Positions 25,811 to 39,559 of a stretch of DNA of 64,000 nucleotides are shown here, in pieces. Each line of letters starts with the position of its first letter. Position 1 is the first letter of the stretch. This stretch comes from Lama glama. Its lineage: Eukaryota. Location: assembly GCA_028534125.1 (NCBI GenBank), contig CM052817.1, positions 24,616,001-24,680,000 of the forward strand, written 5' to 3'. Below the pieces are notes generated by a model. The model ran no database searches. It was not told the DNA's origin and saw only the letters and a program-made list of their open reading frames with translations. The translations under genes were made by a program, and so were the position numbers.

Positions 25811-27449
25811 CTTTGGAATTTTTTAGGCAAAAATAACTCACAGCTAAAGAGTACTATTTCCCTAGGATGACAGTCTCTTTATTAATTTTTTCAGTGTAAA
25901 GCACCTACTGTAATATGATATAGTAACATTCCATTTAACATAGTGGTTTAACCTATCAAAAGTTTTAGTATAGACAGAGAAATGAATGAGAAAAATAAGA
26001 CTGTATTCTTAGATGAGAGAATTGTGGGTGACTATAAGGTATGGTTATGTAACTTTTGACTGTGAGAGGCAAAACAATTTTTTTTTCATTTTTAACTTAA
26101 CAAATGAGCACCTTCTCTGTATGCCAGATATTGTTGAGGACCTGGAATAACAAGAAGGAATGCGGGAGTGTCCCTAAGCCAGTTATTGGACTCCTTGACT
26201 TGGCCCTCGTACAGAGTTTGTCCAGCACATCCGGAGTGCCAAACACATCTGGCAGGCAAAGGAAAGTTTCAGCATCGGATCCCAAGTGTTAGTGCAAATG
26301 AACGTAACCTGAGATTTTACCAAACAGGATTACTATGATCAGTGAACAATATGTTCCTTGACTTTTTGGAATTGACTTGACCAAATTTGTCATGGGAAAT
26401 TCTCTCCTCTTAGATCTTCCATTATTCTGAAGACTAGGTTACATAAATAAAGACCAGGTTAAACGACAGAGCGAGAAAAAGAAAGAGAGAGCTCATGTTA
26501 AGTGCATGCCAGCCATGAATCCAAGGCCCCTGTAAGTCAGTTATGTTCTTTGCATCTGTTTTAGAGAGGATATATCAAGGGACTGCTTTCACTGCTCTAA
26601 AGGTGTTAACACATGCACTTCTCCTAATAGTCACATAGGATAGGTATGGACGAAGAATCGAGGGCATAGAGAGATTGTGACTTACCAGTCATCAAACTAG
26701 GAAGAAATGGGAGATTTGAACTAGACAATCTTCCCATTTCTCTTTAATTCAAACAAAGCTCCATATCCTGCCCTCCCATTTTAGTGCTGATTTTGTAGGA
26801 CTTGCCACGGTCTTCCCTGGCACGTGCTGAAGAGGATGTGGGTGACTAAGCCATGCTACCAAGATTAACACTGACTTTAGCACAAATCTCTACCTGAGTT
26901 TGTAGCATTTCCCTTCCTTTCCCCTCCAAGTTCTCAAGCCAAGCTGAACTCACCGAGATGGATAAATATTAACTTTTAGGTCAGCATCACTGTGCGTCAC
27001 AGGCCAGAGTCTAAATAGCAGGGAACTTTAATCTCCTCCTGTGTCTCCTCTCACATGGACAGAGGAAGACAGAAATGCAGCCTCAGGTGTTTCTCTACAA
27101 ATCGGGAGGTGGTTGAGCCGCCTTGTTCTCCTTCATTCGGTAGGACTGGATTGTGTCTTTGTAGATATGTGGATAAAATATGTTAATTTTTAATGATCAG
27201 ATAATCAGGGGAGTTCCACTGTTGATTATCGGATCACTGTGTGTTTGTGTTCACAGGTCCAGACACACATACAAAGAGGTACAAAAAACACACAAGTAGA
27301 GGTCACGGGACCTTGGAAGTTACTTAGGCTATGCCTCTCAATTTATGAAAAAGGCAACACCTCAAATATTATTTACCAAAATGTTATTTTGAAAAAGTAG
27401 TCCCATGTTGGCTCTCTATATACTATTGCAATTTAAAGGATTTAAAAAA

Positions 27450-29810
27450 TTTTTTTTCATCGAAGTTATATATATAGCAGGGTACAGTTAAAGGACCTGC
27501 TAGTTCTAAAAGTTTCTTAAGAACAGGGTCCTCATTTTCCTGTCCCCAGAAAAACCTCTTTCACCTCTGCCTGGTCTTTACCTCCGTATACCTTAATGAC
27601 AAGTAAGTATTGCCACCTCCTGATATTTTCAGTTTGAAGCATTCTACATCGACTTTCCCTTACAAATATGAGGACTTAGCTCTTTATTCTCCTTGTCAAC
27701 ACCACGTACAGCCAACTGCTCTCCTCACAATACAGCTGTATCTCAGTTGTGATTAGAAAAATTGAAAGTTGATGTTATTATGACTATATATGCTATTCAG
27801 AAATGGGGCATATGCTAAACTAGTATTTTCTTATCAGCACAATTTTTCCATGGAGGTAATATTTTCTTTTTACTTGTTTATTTATTTTGTCTATTTGGTT
27901 GTATGTGTGTGTGTGTGTTTTATGTACTTAACATTCATTCAATACTGAAATATTTGCCAGTTGTCTACATGTTCTCTGAAGATGTTCCATGATTCTGTCG
28001 GTTTCATATTAGGTGTTATATCAGTTATGTCAATCTCCTGCTTCTGAAGAAGTCTCTCTGAGACTGCTGACCTGCTCATCTGGACTGGTTGTCCCCTCTG
28101 TCTGGTTGCACTGAGATCTCCTGTCATTACCATCCACAGAGTCCCATCCCTTCTCTGATGCGTTGGAACTCCTATTTCCTAGACTTCATGTCTTTTTTTC
28201 CTTCTTCTTCTTTTATCCCCTCATTTTCATGGAACTCATCCTACGGTAGCTTCCTAAGAAAAAGCATATGGAGGTTAAAACTTATGTAAGAACCTGCCTG
28301 TCTGAAAATGTCTGTATCCTACCTCCCGCTTGATTGATGGCATGATTGCATAGGAAGTTCTATGTTGGAAATAATTCTCACACAAATTTTTTCTTCTTCA
28401 GAATTTTGAAAACATTGCTCCATTATTTCCTCATTCGTGGGATGTTGAGAAGTATTCTAATTCCAGAAGTATTCCAACCGCCATTTCAATACTTAGTCCT
28501 TTATATATAATTGTATTTTCTTCTCTGAAAGTTGCTTGAATATGTTGAGAAATTTCACAACGGTATACCTCAGTGTGGGTTTTTTTTTTTTTAATCTATT
28601 GTACTGGATGCTTAGTGGATCCTTTAAATCTAGCAAATCTACCCTCCAGTTTTGGGGGATTTTCTTGAATTATTTTGCTGATGTTTTCTTCTCCTGTGGG
28701 TGTTTTGTTTTACTTTCTAGATCTCCTGGAATTCCTGGATTATTTATCTGCTTTTCTTACTCTTTCTCTCCTATTACCTCTTTCTTTGTCTTTTCACTCT
28801 GGTTTCTTCCATTTTAACTTAGATTCCTTCAGCTGAAGTTATTGTTTATGCTGTTGTGTTTTTAATGTCTAAGAGACCTTTTTTGTTCTCCAAATGCTCT
28901 TTTTTAAGTGGTATCATTTTCTTGCTTCATAAGACAATGTATTTCTCTTGCCTCTGTGAATTTTTTGATAATAATTTTTGAAAATTTCTTTTTACTCCAT
29001 AGTTTCTGATCCCCCCCATATTGTTTTTGTGGTTTTCCTTAGCTATTTGATGATCATTGGTGTTCTCATATATAAGAGAAAGGGACCAAAAACTGAAGTT
29101 CTGAACATGAATGTGAAGGAAGGTTGCACTTATTAACAGTGCCTTTGGTGTAGTGATCTGGCTGAGGCAGTTCTAACTTCTAACATCAGTGTCTTTGGGC
29201 TTTCCTCGTGTGCTGGCCAGATCTCCGAAGAAAACTCCTGCGAATTCTTGCCTGGAGAGTAAGGGCCTGGCTGCCAGTGTTTGGGAGGTGGAGGGTGGGA
29301 AGTAGACTGGAGGACTATGTGTATGCTGTGTGCATATTAATCCTCCTGTCTTTTTATGGTACCCACCCTGAATATTGCCTGGACATCCCCAATTCAGAGA
29401 TCCTGTGTTTTGCCGTCACCACAGGATAAACTTCCAGGCTTCTGCTGAAGTGGAGGAGGTGCCGTCACCCGGCTGCTTGCATAGGAGAAGGGGGGTGGGG
29501 TGTCAGCTGTTTCTTAAACACAGTTCTGCCAGTCCTGGAGCCTTTTGAGGGCCCTGCCATGAAAACGGGTGGGACTCATCCATCCCCATTTCCAGCTTCT
29601 GGGTCAGCCTTCCCAGGTCCACTGAGGGGTCACCCATCCACCTGCTTCTAGGTTCAAAGGTGCTGTTATTGTCACCTCTCCCAGTTCTACTATTAAAAAG
29701 ATACATATGTATGTATATGTGTATATGTGTACATACGTAATGACTTCAGTTTCGATAAGATTCAAGAGGAGGCCAAGACTGATAAGCGTATTCAATCCAC
29801 TGTCTTCAGC
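27450..29810 (-). mobile_element. Ancient L1-related element (HAL1/L1M-like)
   Basis: T-rich degenerate ORF1-like sequence (gtctgaaaatgtctgtatcctacctcccgcttgattgat) that shares homology with 39560-41000. Confidence 0.55.
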
Positions 29811-30717
29811 TGATGCTCTACCAACACTAATTTAAATAAAGATGGTATTTATCAACAAATAATACACAGGTCCAAAAGCATGTGAGTATTCATTCTAACT
29901 AATTACATGGAATTACAGGATTCCAACATAAAATTTTAAAAATTTTTAAAGGAAAACAGATTCCCCTGTGAACATATCTTTTTTTTCATCTCTCACTTCC
30001 TAATGTATTAGTTTAGCAGTCATTCTAGGCTTAATTGACAAACTTTTTTGAGTTTCTGCTTTGTCTATGACATAATTACAGGTTCTACACAGTTTAAAAT
30101 CCCCTCTCTTTTCCCTGCCACTCTACTGAGAGGGAGATATCATGACATGAATGATTAAACTATAAGACTGTGTTCCATTTATACAATGCCTTAGGAATTT
30201 TCACAAGTGAGAGAAACTATTTTATCAACTACTGATAGTATCAAAGTGACTAGTCACATCTATTACCTGTCAGACAGATACTTTATAATTTTTTTTGCTG
30301 TTCCCTCAGGGAGGTGCAGCTGGCATTTTAAGCAAGGAAATCCTTGGTTTTGCTGGACAAGCCTGTGCGCTACAGTTTGGTTAGCACATAAGCATTAACT
30401 GCTGTGAGTGTCCTCTTGTCATTAAGACACTAAAATATAAATTCCCTTTTATGTTTTCAGACGTCCCTTCCACTTTTCCAAGTGTCCCCCATGGGGCAGT
30501 ATCTGCCTTCCCCAGAAAACCACTGATGTCTAATACAACGCTTTGAAGTGGGTCTCATTTTCATTTGACAACAGAGATCCAGGGACTCTGAGAGGTCAGG
30601 CAAGCTCCTGTGCTCACCATAAGCTGCTCAGTGTTGGCACCTGATTCGAAAATTAAGTCTAATCCCCAGACCTGCTCTACCCAGCTGCTCCCAGTTGCTG
30701 AAAGGGTTCAGGGAGGT

Positions 30718-31117
30718 AGTATTGGTCAGAGCAGGCTGCGTAACAAAATATCAGAGACTGGGTGGCTTAGAAAAATGGAAATGTGTTTTCTCACAGTTCC
30801 AGAGACTGGGAAGTCCAAGATCAAAGGTCCTAGGCAGGGTTCAATTTGTGGTGAGAGCCCTGCTCCTGGCTCGCAGATGGCTATTTTGTTGCTCTGTTCT
30901 CATGTGGCCTTTCCTCTGTGCGTATACATGGACAGAGAGCTGAAGACAGAGAGGGGAAGAGAGAGCTCTCTCTGCTGTCTCTTCTTATAAGACCACTAAT
31001 CCTATCAGATCAGGGCCCTACCCTTCACCTCCTTTAACCTCAGTTACTTCTTTAGAAGCTCCATCTCCAAAGCTTCAACATGGGAATTTTCAAGGGACAC
31101 AAACATTGAGTTCATAA
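30718..31117 (-). mobile_element. MLT1 solo LTR
   Basis: ctcacagttccagagactgggaagtccaagatcaaagg...ggacacaaacattgagttcataac. Confidence 0.82.
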
Positions 31118-31609
31118 CCAAGTTTGAGGACTGAGCACAAGTCCTTCGATTGGGTGACTCTGATCACAGGTGATCTTTGTGGAAAAGTCTTTTGGTCTAG
31201 GGGTAGGGCCAGAAGCCATTTGGAGCTGACTGAGGAGTAAATGCTTGAGGAAAATGTGATGGCCTGTACTTAAGGGCCGTAAAAGATGGGGAGAAGAGAC
31301 AGTCCACTGAGCAACCTTCAGAGCTGAGAACTTGGTAATCAAAAAAGGTATATTTAGCAGCTAATAGTCAACATATCCTATTAAGTGGAATGTTTCTGAC
31401 TCAAGAGATCTGGATTTATTTTAGGATTATATCTAGTGGTTAAAGTAGCATTTACTAGATCTAGAAATACTGGCACTTATGAAATCTTTTCATTCTGTGA
31501 TCTTCCTTGTCCCATTACTTTGAGACCCACCATTTTAAAAAAAACATTTTACGTCAACACTGTAAGCACACACATATAGGCACATATGAAACAAAATTTA
31601 TGAAATGAT

Positions 31610-32128
31610 ACATCTTGGTTTGTATTGCTGCATAACAAAACACCACAAAACTTGGCAGCTTTTTAAACAAAACCACAAAGTGCTCATAAATCTGCAAGTC
31701 AGGCAGGACACAGTTGGGAACATCTGGTCTCTGCTCCACGTAGTGTTACCTGAGGCAGATCACTGGGGAACAGGGAACCCTTTCTCGAGATGGTTCACGG
31801 TGCGGGCAGTTTGTTGCCAGCTGTCAGCTGGAAGTTCAGTCAGTGCTATGGGCCAGGGTCCTCTGCAGGGACTGCTTGGTTTCCAGGGCACGCATCCTAG
31901 GAGGAGAAGGTAGAAGGGTATGGCATTTTTATGATCCAACCTCAGACGGCATGGTGTCACTTTTGCCATATTCAGTTGGGTGAGGCAGTCACAAAGTTCC
32001 ACCCGTGTTTATGGGGAGGAGGCAAAGACTCTACTACTCAGCAGACCAAGTGTCAAGGTCACGTTGCAAGAATATGTAGAATGGGAGGTATTATTTTGAC
32101 CATCCGTAGAAAATACGGTTTGCCACAC
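31610..32128 (-). mobile_element. Older MLT1-type solo LTR
   Basis: tattgctgcataacaaaacaccacaaaacttggcagc...gtcacttttgccatattc. Confidence 0.65.
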
Positions 32129-32719
32129 TGTACTCACCTTGTATTGTACACTAGTGCAAGCAGTACATTCTGATATATTCTGCTTTTTTAGTGCTGATGA
32201 TTATCCACTGAATTATGCTAACAGTCCACTAATGGGTCACCAGTCCCAGTTTGAAAAATATTACGTGCAATTGTGAAATGGAAACAGTAGTCAAAAAAAG
32301 TTCTCTTAAACATAGGTAAAATGCTTTAATACCAAATGTAGGGCTAGTTGAAAGATTGTAAAAGATTAAAATTAAAATATATGAGCACAATAAAGTTTTT
32401 TCCTTTTGCTTTCTAATAACTATTCATCAGAATGAGACTTGATGATCTCAGCTGAGTTCATTTTACAAATGAATCAAAATCTCACATACATCAGTGACTA
32501 AGACCAAAATATTGTCGTTGTTATGACAAACCTTGTCACCTGTAATTGTTTTATACAAAATGTCTTCTTAAAATTATTGGTAGCAGTATACATAATCAAG
32601 TAGTTGGAACCCAATCCTTTTCTTTTTATTCGTCGTTTACTCGTTTCTCCAAAGAAAGTCTCTGAGTATGGACTCTGGGTCCTTGTGACAAGATCTCTGA
32701 TTAAGGGCGCACATGGTAC

Positions 32720-32862
32720 TGGGGCGGCCAGAGGGGGAGCTGGAGGGCTTGTTGAAAAGACAGAATTTGGGACCAGCTCTAAACCTGTAAATTCAGAATC
32801 TGCATAGTAACAAGATGCCCAGGAGATTCTTGAGCATATTCAAGTTGGAGAAGTCCTGATCT
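32720..32862. mobile_element. MER5A-like remnant
   Basis: ctggagggcttgttgaaaagacag...ttcagaatctgcatagtaacaagatgcccaggagattct. Confidence 0.6.
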
Positions 32863-34052
32863 AAATCAGTGTTTTCCGAAAAATGTTTGGACCGTGCAGC
32901 CTATCAGTAAAAAAAATTGCCATGAATTATATGTTTATGTGTATGTTTGTGTAATACACATGCACAGCTCGACTCATATTTTATAAAAAAAAAGTTATAC
33001 ACTGAATATATGTTTTCTAAGGATGAGGGCTGTTTTAAGGATGTAGGAGCTGTAGTGGTTTTCTCCCAATCCCCAATGTTTTATCTCAGTAATTTGCAGA
33101 GGTACAAGCACCCCATCTGGGGGCCCAATGGCCTAAATCACACCAGGAGTCCCAGTGGCTCAGTCCTAAGTATCCTTTGTATCTTTTCCTTGAACATATG
33201 ATCCTGTATTACTGATGCTGTAATTATCTTATAGCTAAAGGTTAGGCTGACTCCCAGTCAGTCGCTCTAGTATCCCTTCTGTGCTTGAAATGCTTGTTTT
33301 TGCTGAAATTGCCCATGGCTTGACAGTTAATCCTTGGTGCCCCCGAAATTCAGGATAAAGAAAAGCGTTTATACATGTTTATAAAATAAGAGGACAAGTG
33401 AGGTCTTAGAATCTCTGACTTCCTTGAGATTTGATCTAATAACTATAAGTGAGTTGTTCTTTTTATTCTTGGAAGAAAACACTGTATTCTGGAGGGTGAA
33501 ATAGGGGACCCGTTCATCCTGTTTACCTTCCCATTTAGAAGACAGGAGCGAGTCAGCCTCTTCACCTCTGCCCCTCCGCAGTGAACCTGGAGTTGATTTG
33601 AAAGGAGGGAGAAATGCAGTATGCTGTATACGTGTGTGCCCCAGGCTGTGTGCTGGACACTCTCCGTGGACCAAATCCTCTAGTTCATTTAACACAAGCT
33701 TGTAACATAGGTATTTTTTACTACCATTCTGCATGTTAAAAAAAATAATGTCTTTTTTGCATTTTTTAAAATATCTGCTTTTTTAAAAAAAAAAGTAAAG
33801 AAATGATCTAAAGAGGCTTGGAATCTCAAGAGTAATGACAGATGTTTCAGGGCAGCATTTTTTTAAAATTATCAAACATTCTTTAAAAGACTCTATCATT
33901 CATCTAAATAGGATGTGCCCCTAAGTGACTGTTCTCTGTGCAGATTTCACAGAAGACAACTGCTAGCCCATGATTTTGACATAAAATACTTATGATTGGA
34001 AGTTACTCTTTGGGTCTGTGATAAATCTCCCCAATTACAAGTTTCCCATCAC

Positions 34053-34116
34053 TTTTTTTTTCCTTTTCTTTTCTTTCTTTCTTTCTTCCTTTCTTCCTTT
34101 CTTCCTTTCTTCCTTC

Positions 34117-34179
<63 letters not shown>

Positions 34180-34216
34180 TTCTTTCTTTCTTCTTTTTTT
34201 TTTTTTTTTTTTTTTT
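34053..34216. repeat. (TTTC)n/(TTCC)n polypyrimidine microsatellite plus poly-T
   Basis: Directly visible; about 160 nt of uninterrupted pyrimidines. Confidence 0.97.
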
Positions 34217-34789
34217 TGCATTTCCTGAGAGGAGATGAAATACTGATTTGGGGGAGCCAGGTAACTATCTGGCATGTACTCAAGAAACCTGATTGTGACC
34301 GGGCTTGTTCTTAAACTCACTCATCTTTCAGGTATATTTGAAAAGTGCTTCACTGTTAGAGAGGAAGCAGCTCCCATGACTGATCCGTGGGTGTCCAGTA
34401 AAGGACTATTTTACAGCGCTTCTGCCAGCAACTTGAGGATAAACACCTAGTTGTATTTGAGGCATTATCTTAGGACCTTTGTGTGCCATATCTCTAATCC
34501 TTACAACCGTCCTGGGCACGGCATTATCCCCACTCTTCAGATGAGGAAACCGAGCGCTGCCTCGAAGTCCCGGGACTGTGTGGAAGTCCTTGGCTCCCTC
34601 CCCTACCTGGAGCTTAACGCCAGACCTCCCACCCCTGGGACTGATTAACTCCCAGCAGGGGAAGCTGGGCCTCAGGGCCTCTGTTAATTGGAGGTTAGTG
34701 GTGTGTGGCTGAAAGAAAATCGTCCGAGAAATGCATTTGCCCTTCAGGCTCAGAACCCTGAAACCTTGCGCTGCAGCGGCCAGGACTGG

Positions 34790-35620
34790 CTGCGGAATTC
34801 TGGAATTTCAGAAATGTACTGCGGTGATACGAAAAGTTAAATTCTATTAAAGCATAATCAAAGTACAGACAAAGTTAATAAGTACTCAAAACTCACCACT
34901 TCCTAATTATTTCGCTGTTTCCTGTGTTCTTGAGGGCATTTACATCCATCGTATCTGTGTGGGAGGAACGTGTCTAATGGTGTGAAACCGTACATCTCTT
35001 TCCAGCTTTGTGTTCAGGGACCTGACTTTGCTAACCTGAAATCCGCCATGACAGGAGCATTTACACCATGGAAAGTGGCAAATGCTATAAACCCCGGGCT
35101 CAATTTAATGCTTGTTGCTTGAGGACACTTCAGAATGTGATGAAGAAAATATTGATGCAAATTAAACTGAGAAGTTTGCTGCGTCTGTAGCTGTTACAGG
35201 AAGATAACACACAAAAAGTCCCTGGAGAAAGTTTTCTTCCACTGTTAAAAAACTGTTGTCTGATTACGCAAAGAACTTGCTCAAGTTATTAGCAACCAAG
35301 TGAAATTCCCAGATCTGTGTTCCTTGTTTCACTTTCGTCTAACTTACTAACTTAGAGTGAAAATACCAACTAACAGTCACATGGAGTCTATACCTACTTG
35401 GCAGCTGCAACCATAGGTTGACTACAGATAAAAGAATCTAGCAAAACTCAGTTAAAGCATTCTGTGAAAATCAATTATCCCTGTGGAATTCGTTATAAAA
35501 AGAAGATACTGGATTTCTTATTATAACTTATAAACTATGTGCTACACGTGCTTTATTTATAATATAAACTTTTTTTTTTCTCTGTAGAACCAATTATTAA
35601 GCGTTGTCAGCACACCACTG
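34790..35620. mobile_element. MER63-like hAT-Blackjack element
   Basis: Terminus cagcacaccactg and internal caggagcatttacaccatggaaagtggcaaatgct. Confidence 0.6.
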
Positions 35621-36145
35621 CCTGTGGGGTATAATTGGTCTATAAATTTTGCACCTGCCGGAACTGCCAAGCAAAATCCATGTCTTTCCCCAAAGCATTG
35701 GCACCACTTTGAACATAGCTGAAATAGGAACACAGCTTTTTATCCTGTTGTTTAAAAAGAGAAGCCAAAAAAGAATGCCAGCTGCTTCTTGTGTTAAATT
35801 TTCTGCATTAGTCCACCAGCAAGAGAGAATACTGTCAAGAAATCTTTAAACTACCCCAAAACAGATAGGTGTATCCTCATGGACTTTGTTGCCATGCTTA
35901 CATGTACCTTTTGTTGCTAATGAAGATTGTGAGATCTTTTTCCAGCTATCTCTGGAAAGCAGTAGGATTCTGGGCCTCCTCCAAAGACAGTGAGTTAATG
36001 CATTTTATGTGTTAGCATATCAGCCTAAGAAAAGATTAAGGACTGAAAATTTGGGAATCTAAGCCAGTCTCATGTTTACTTAGTGAAGAGAATTAAAAGT
36101 AGGTCAAGAACTTATCAGTTTCTGGTTTTGTTTTACCTCTATCCC

Positions 36146-36645
36146 NNNNNNNNNNNNNNNNNNNNNNNNNNNNNNNNNNNNNNNNNNNNNNNNNNNNNNN
36201 NNNNNNNNNNNNNNNNNNNNNNNNNNNNNNNNNNNNNNNNNNNNNNNNNNNNNNNNNNNNNNNNNNNNNNNNNNNNNNNNNNNNNNNNNNNNNNNNNNNN
36301 NNNNNNNNNNNNNNNNNNNNNNNNNNNNNNNNNNNNNNNNNNNNNNNNNNNNNNNNNNNNNNNNNNNNNNNNNNNNNNNNNNNNNNNNNNNNNNNNNNNN
36401 NNNNNNNNNNNNNNNNNNNNNNNNNNNNNNNNNNNNNNNNNNNNNNNNNNNNNNNNNNNNNNNNNNNNNNNNNNNNNNNNNNNNNNNNNNNNNNNNNNNN
36501 NNNNNNNNNNNNNNNNNNNNNNNNNNNNNNNNNNNNNNNNNNNNNNNNNNNNNNNNNNNNNNNNNNNNNNNNNNNNNNNNNNNNNNNNNNNNNNNNNNNN
36601 NNNNNNNNNNNNNNNNNNNNNNNNNNNNNNNNNNNNNNNNNNNNN
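36146..36645. other. Assembly gap (exactly 500 N)
   Basis: Run of N, same length as the first gap. Confidence 0.99.
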
Positions 36646-38217
36646 ACTAAAATTGGAAAGTGCCAAAAGTGTTAAGCAACAGAGAGAAATGGTTAATTAA
36701 CTGGCATAATTAATTGGAATAATTTGTAGCCATTTAAAACAATCATTACAGGCATTATGGATTGTCATGGAAAAGGCTAGAAACATAATGTCAAGGGGGA
36801 AAAAAGCAGGACATGAAGCTATCTATATGTTGTGTGAAATTGGTGTGCAGGTGGACATAAGCTAAAACAAATCCTGGGGAAAAACTGAACACCTAACACA
36901 AGGTTAGGTTGCTACGTTTCCAGCTGACTTTTTTCCACCCTTTTCCCCAAATTTATGTGCTTATATGTATATGTGCATGTGTGTGTGTAATTATATCTAT
37001 TTTTATATATGTGTATTATATATAAATATGTACCCATACAAACATTTTTAATGAAATGAAGTTCTTTAAGCATTTGGAAAAGATTGGAGATATTTGTGAG
37101 CAGAGCAGATGCAAAAGGAAAAAAAAAAAACTTTTTAATACTTAAAAAAAGTACCGAGACTTTGTACCAACCAAGGACTAAACTTTGAAATCCATCAACA
37201 GATGAGTGAATTTCACACTTTGTACTACAGATGACTGTGCTTTACTGAAGTAACTGGGATCTTTTTTTTCTGTGGAGATCCTAGATATAAATCATGGTTT
37301 TGTTTTGCTTGGTTTCAGCAGCATTCCTCTTTGATCATTACTTCACACAAGGTCAAGATATTTCCTTGTGTGAAGCAGTGGTTCACTTCTCATAACCTCC
37401 GACGACAAAGGGCCCCTGTGTGAGGATGCAAGAATTCCTCTTGAAACAGGGGGAAGGCCCCCAGCTGAATTGCATCCAAGGAAGATGTTGCAAAGCTTGC
37501 AAAACTTGTTGGGAGAAAGGAGCCCAGCTGGAGATCTTTTCTTTCTATTCAGATACTGGCCCTGCTTGGGGGGTGGGGGTGAGGGAAAGCCACAAAAGAA
37601 AACCCCGAAAACAGGCCTGAATGCATTTACAAATTACAAGGAAAAGTTAATTCTTGCAACAAGTGTTGGTGCCAACTCAGGCTAATCATATTATAATTTA
37701 ACTCCACCTAGAAAAGAAACTGTTTTTCTTCTCATGGAAGTTAAAGGCAGCAGAGATGGACTGTCCCCTGTATGGAGTAAATTCCAAGTTAAAACCTGTC
37801 TGTGGGCAAGTCACCAGCTGGCTCAGTTCACCTCGGCCACCTCCAGTGACTCGCAGCTCACTGGGAGTCCCACGTGTTGCCACCAGTTACTATTATGAAG
37901 CGGAAATCTCATCAAGTGGGGCTTTTCGCATGGCATTTGCAGTCCCCCTCCACCTCCACTCCTGTGGGTTTAGGCGTCTCCAGGCTTCCTTTCCCACCAC
38001 TCACAAACCTCTTCTCCTCCAGCCCTTCACCTCCGCCTCGGCCTTGGGAGGATTTATAGAATGACACACAGTACCTGCACATGGGCTGTACTGGGCTTCC
38101 GGTAAATGTCAATGCCCTTTTCCCTTCTTCTCTTTGCCCTTCTCTGAACACCGGTTCCTCTTCCTGTTATAGGTACTTAATTTCCTAATCAATGATAGAT
38201 CCTTTCACAAAAGCCAG

Positions 38218-38406
38218 AAAACAGGGGACCTACTGCATAGCACAGGGAACTGTATTCAATTTCTTGTAATAACCCAGAATGGAAAAGAATCTGAAAATAT
38301 GTTTGCGTGTATATACAACTGAATTGCTTTGCTGTACCCCTGAAACTAACATTGTAAATCAACTACACTTCAGTAAAAAAGTAAAATTAAGCTAAACATA
38401 AAAAAA
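38218..38406 (+). mobile_element. Short L1 3' end
   Basis: acctactgcatagcacagggaact...tgtaaatcaactacacttcagtaaaaaa, flanked by aaaagccag / aaaaccag. Confidence 0.8.
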
Positions 38407-38991
38407 GAAAACCAGGTAGTGATGAGAAGAAAGGGGAGGCGAGGAGAGCCTCTTCTCCATTGAGGGCCCCTCTTCCCCTGCCGGCTGAGTGGATGTTGGA
38501 GATTAAGAACAATGAGGAGAGTGGCATTTTTGTGCTTCTGCCACCTGCTTGTCCTGATTCATGCATTATCTATACACGTCACATCTGAAAAAACAAAGCC
38601 CAGAGAGGTTGAGAGATTTTCTTGAGGCCACACAGCAAATAAGTAGTGGAGCTAAAATTCAAACTCTGAGTTCTCCAGAACTCTCTCCTCTTTCCACTAC
38701 ACGAAAGTACTTTCCCAAAGACTAATGGCCACCCAACATTTGCCCTCAGCACCCTGTAGGTGGTCAGACAGTAAGCACATGTAAGAAATAGCTCTTTCCA
38801 GCTCCAGTGGTAGCTCTAATTAAAGACTAAACTTGAAGTAAAACTTCCACTCCATATACAGATAACTTAGCTGATTAAATACCAAACTTAACAAGGCTCT
38901 TCTTACTAATAGACCCATGAAATGGGATCCCTTCAGGGGTTTAATGTACTTGAAAATGCAAAAAAAAAAAAAAAATCATTTAAGAACCTCC

Positions 38992-39210
38992 AGACCAGCA
39001 TCATCCAACAGAACTTTCTGTGCCGAAAAAAAGATTCTGTGTCTACACAGTCCAATATGGTAGCCACTAGACACATGTGGCTTTCGAGCACTTGAAATGT
39101 GGCAGGCTGGTGTAACCAAAGAACTGAACTTTTAATGTATTTAATTTTTAGTAATTTAAATTTAGATAGCCACATATGGCTAGTAGTTACCATATTGAAC
39201 TGCATGGCTC
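38992..39210. mobile_element. MER3-like hAT-Charlie MITE
   Basis: gtccaatatggtagccactagacacatgtggc ... tagccacatatggctagtagttaccatattg (internal inverted repeats). Confidence 0.8.
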
Positions 39211-39559
39211 TAAGATCTTCTGACAGGTTGATTGCTGGTCCCCACATTTGCATAATGCTTTGCCTGTAAGCGCTGTTAAATCCCTGGATCATAATTATTT
39301 GTTTATGTCTTGCCCACCTCACCAGGCTGTAACATTCTGTCCCATTCATCCTGCTAGGTCATCTGCCAGCGCCCCCAGTCCTAGGTGTTAAATAGTTAAT
39401 GTAGGTCAAATAAATGGACGGGAGTTGGCTTTTTTCAGAAGCGTCATTGTTACTGTTTGCTATCACCTGGTTTACCCTTTCTCATGACTTTGCTCTTATG
39501 ACAAAATTGGTTTCCAAATCTTCAGATGAAGCCCTGACTGCTCACTTGTGAGCACTTTT

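Noticed and set aside
33996..34320. F/L/S-rich and K/E/R-rich ORFs
   Set aside because: Translations of the (TTTC)n microsatellite.
34650..34666. CTCF-like ccagcaggggaagc
   Set aside because: Mismatches at core GC positions; too weak to call.
36083..36700. Long ORFs spanning the second gap
   Set aside because: Artefacts of the N run.
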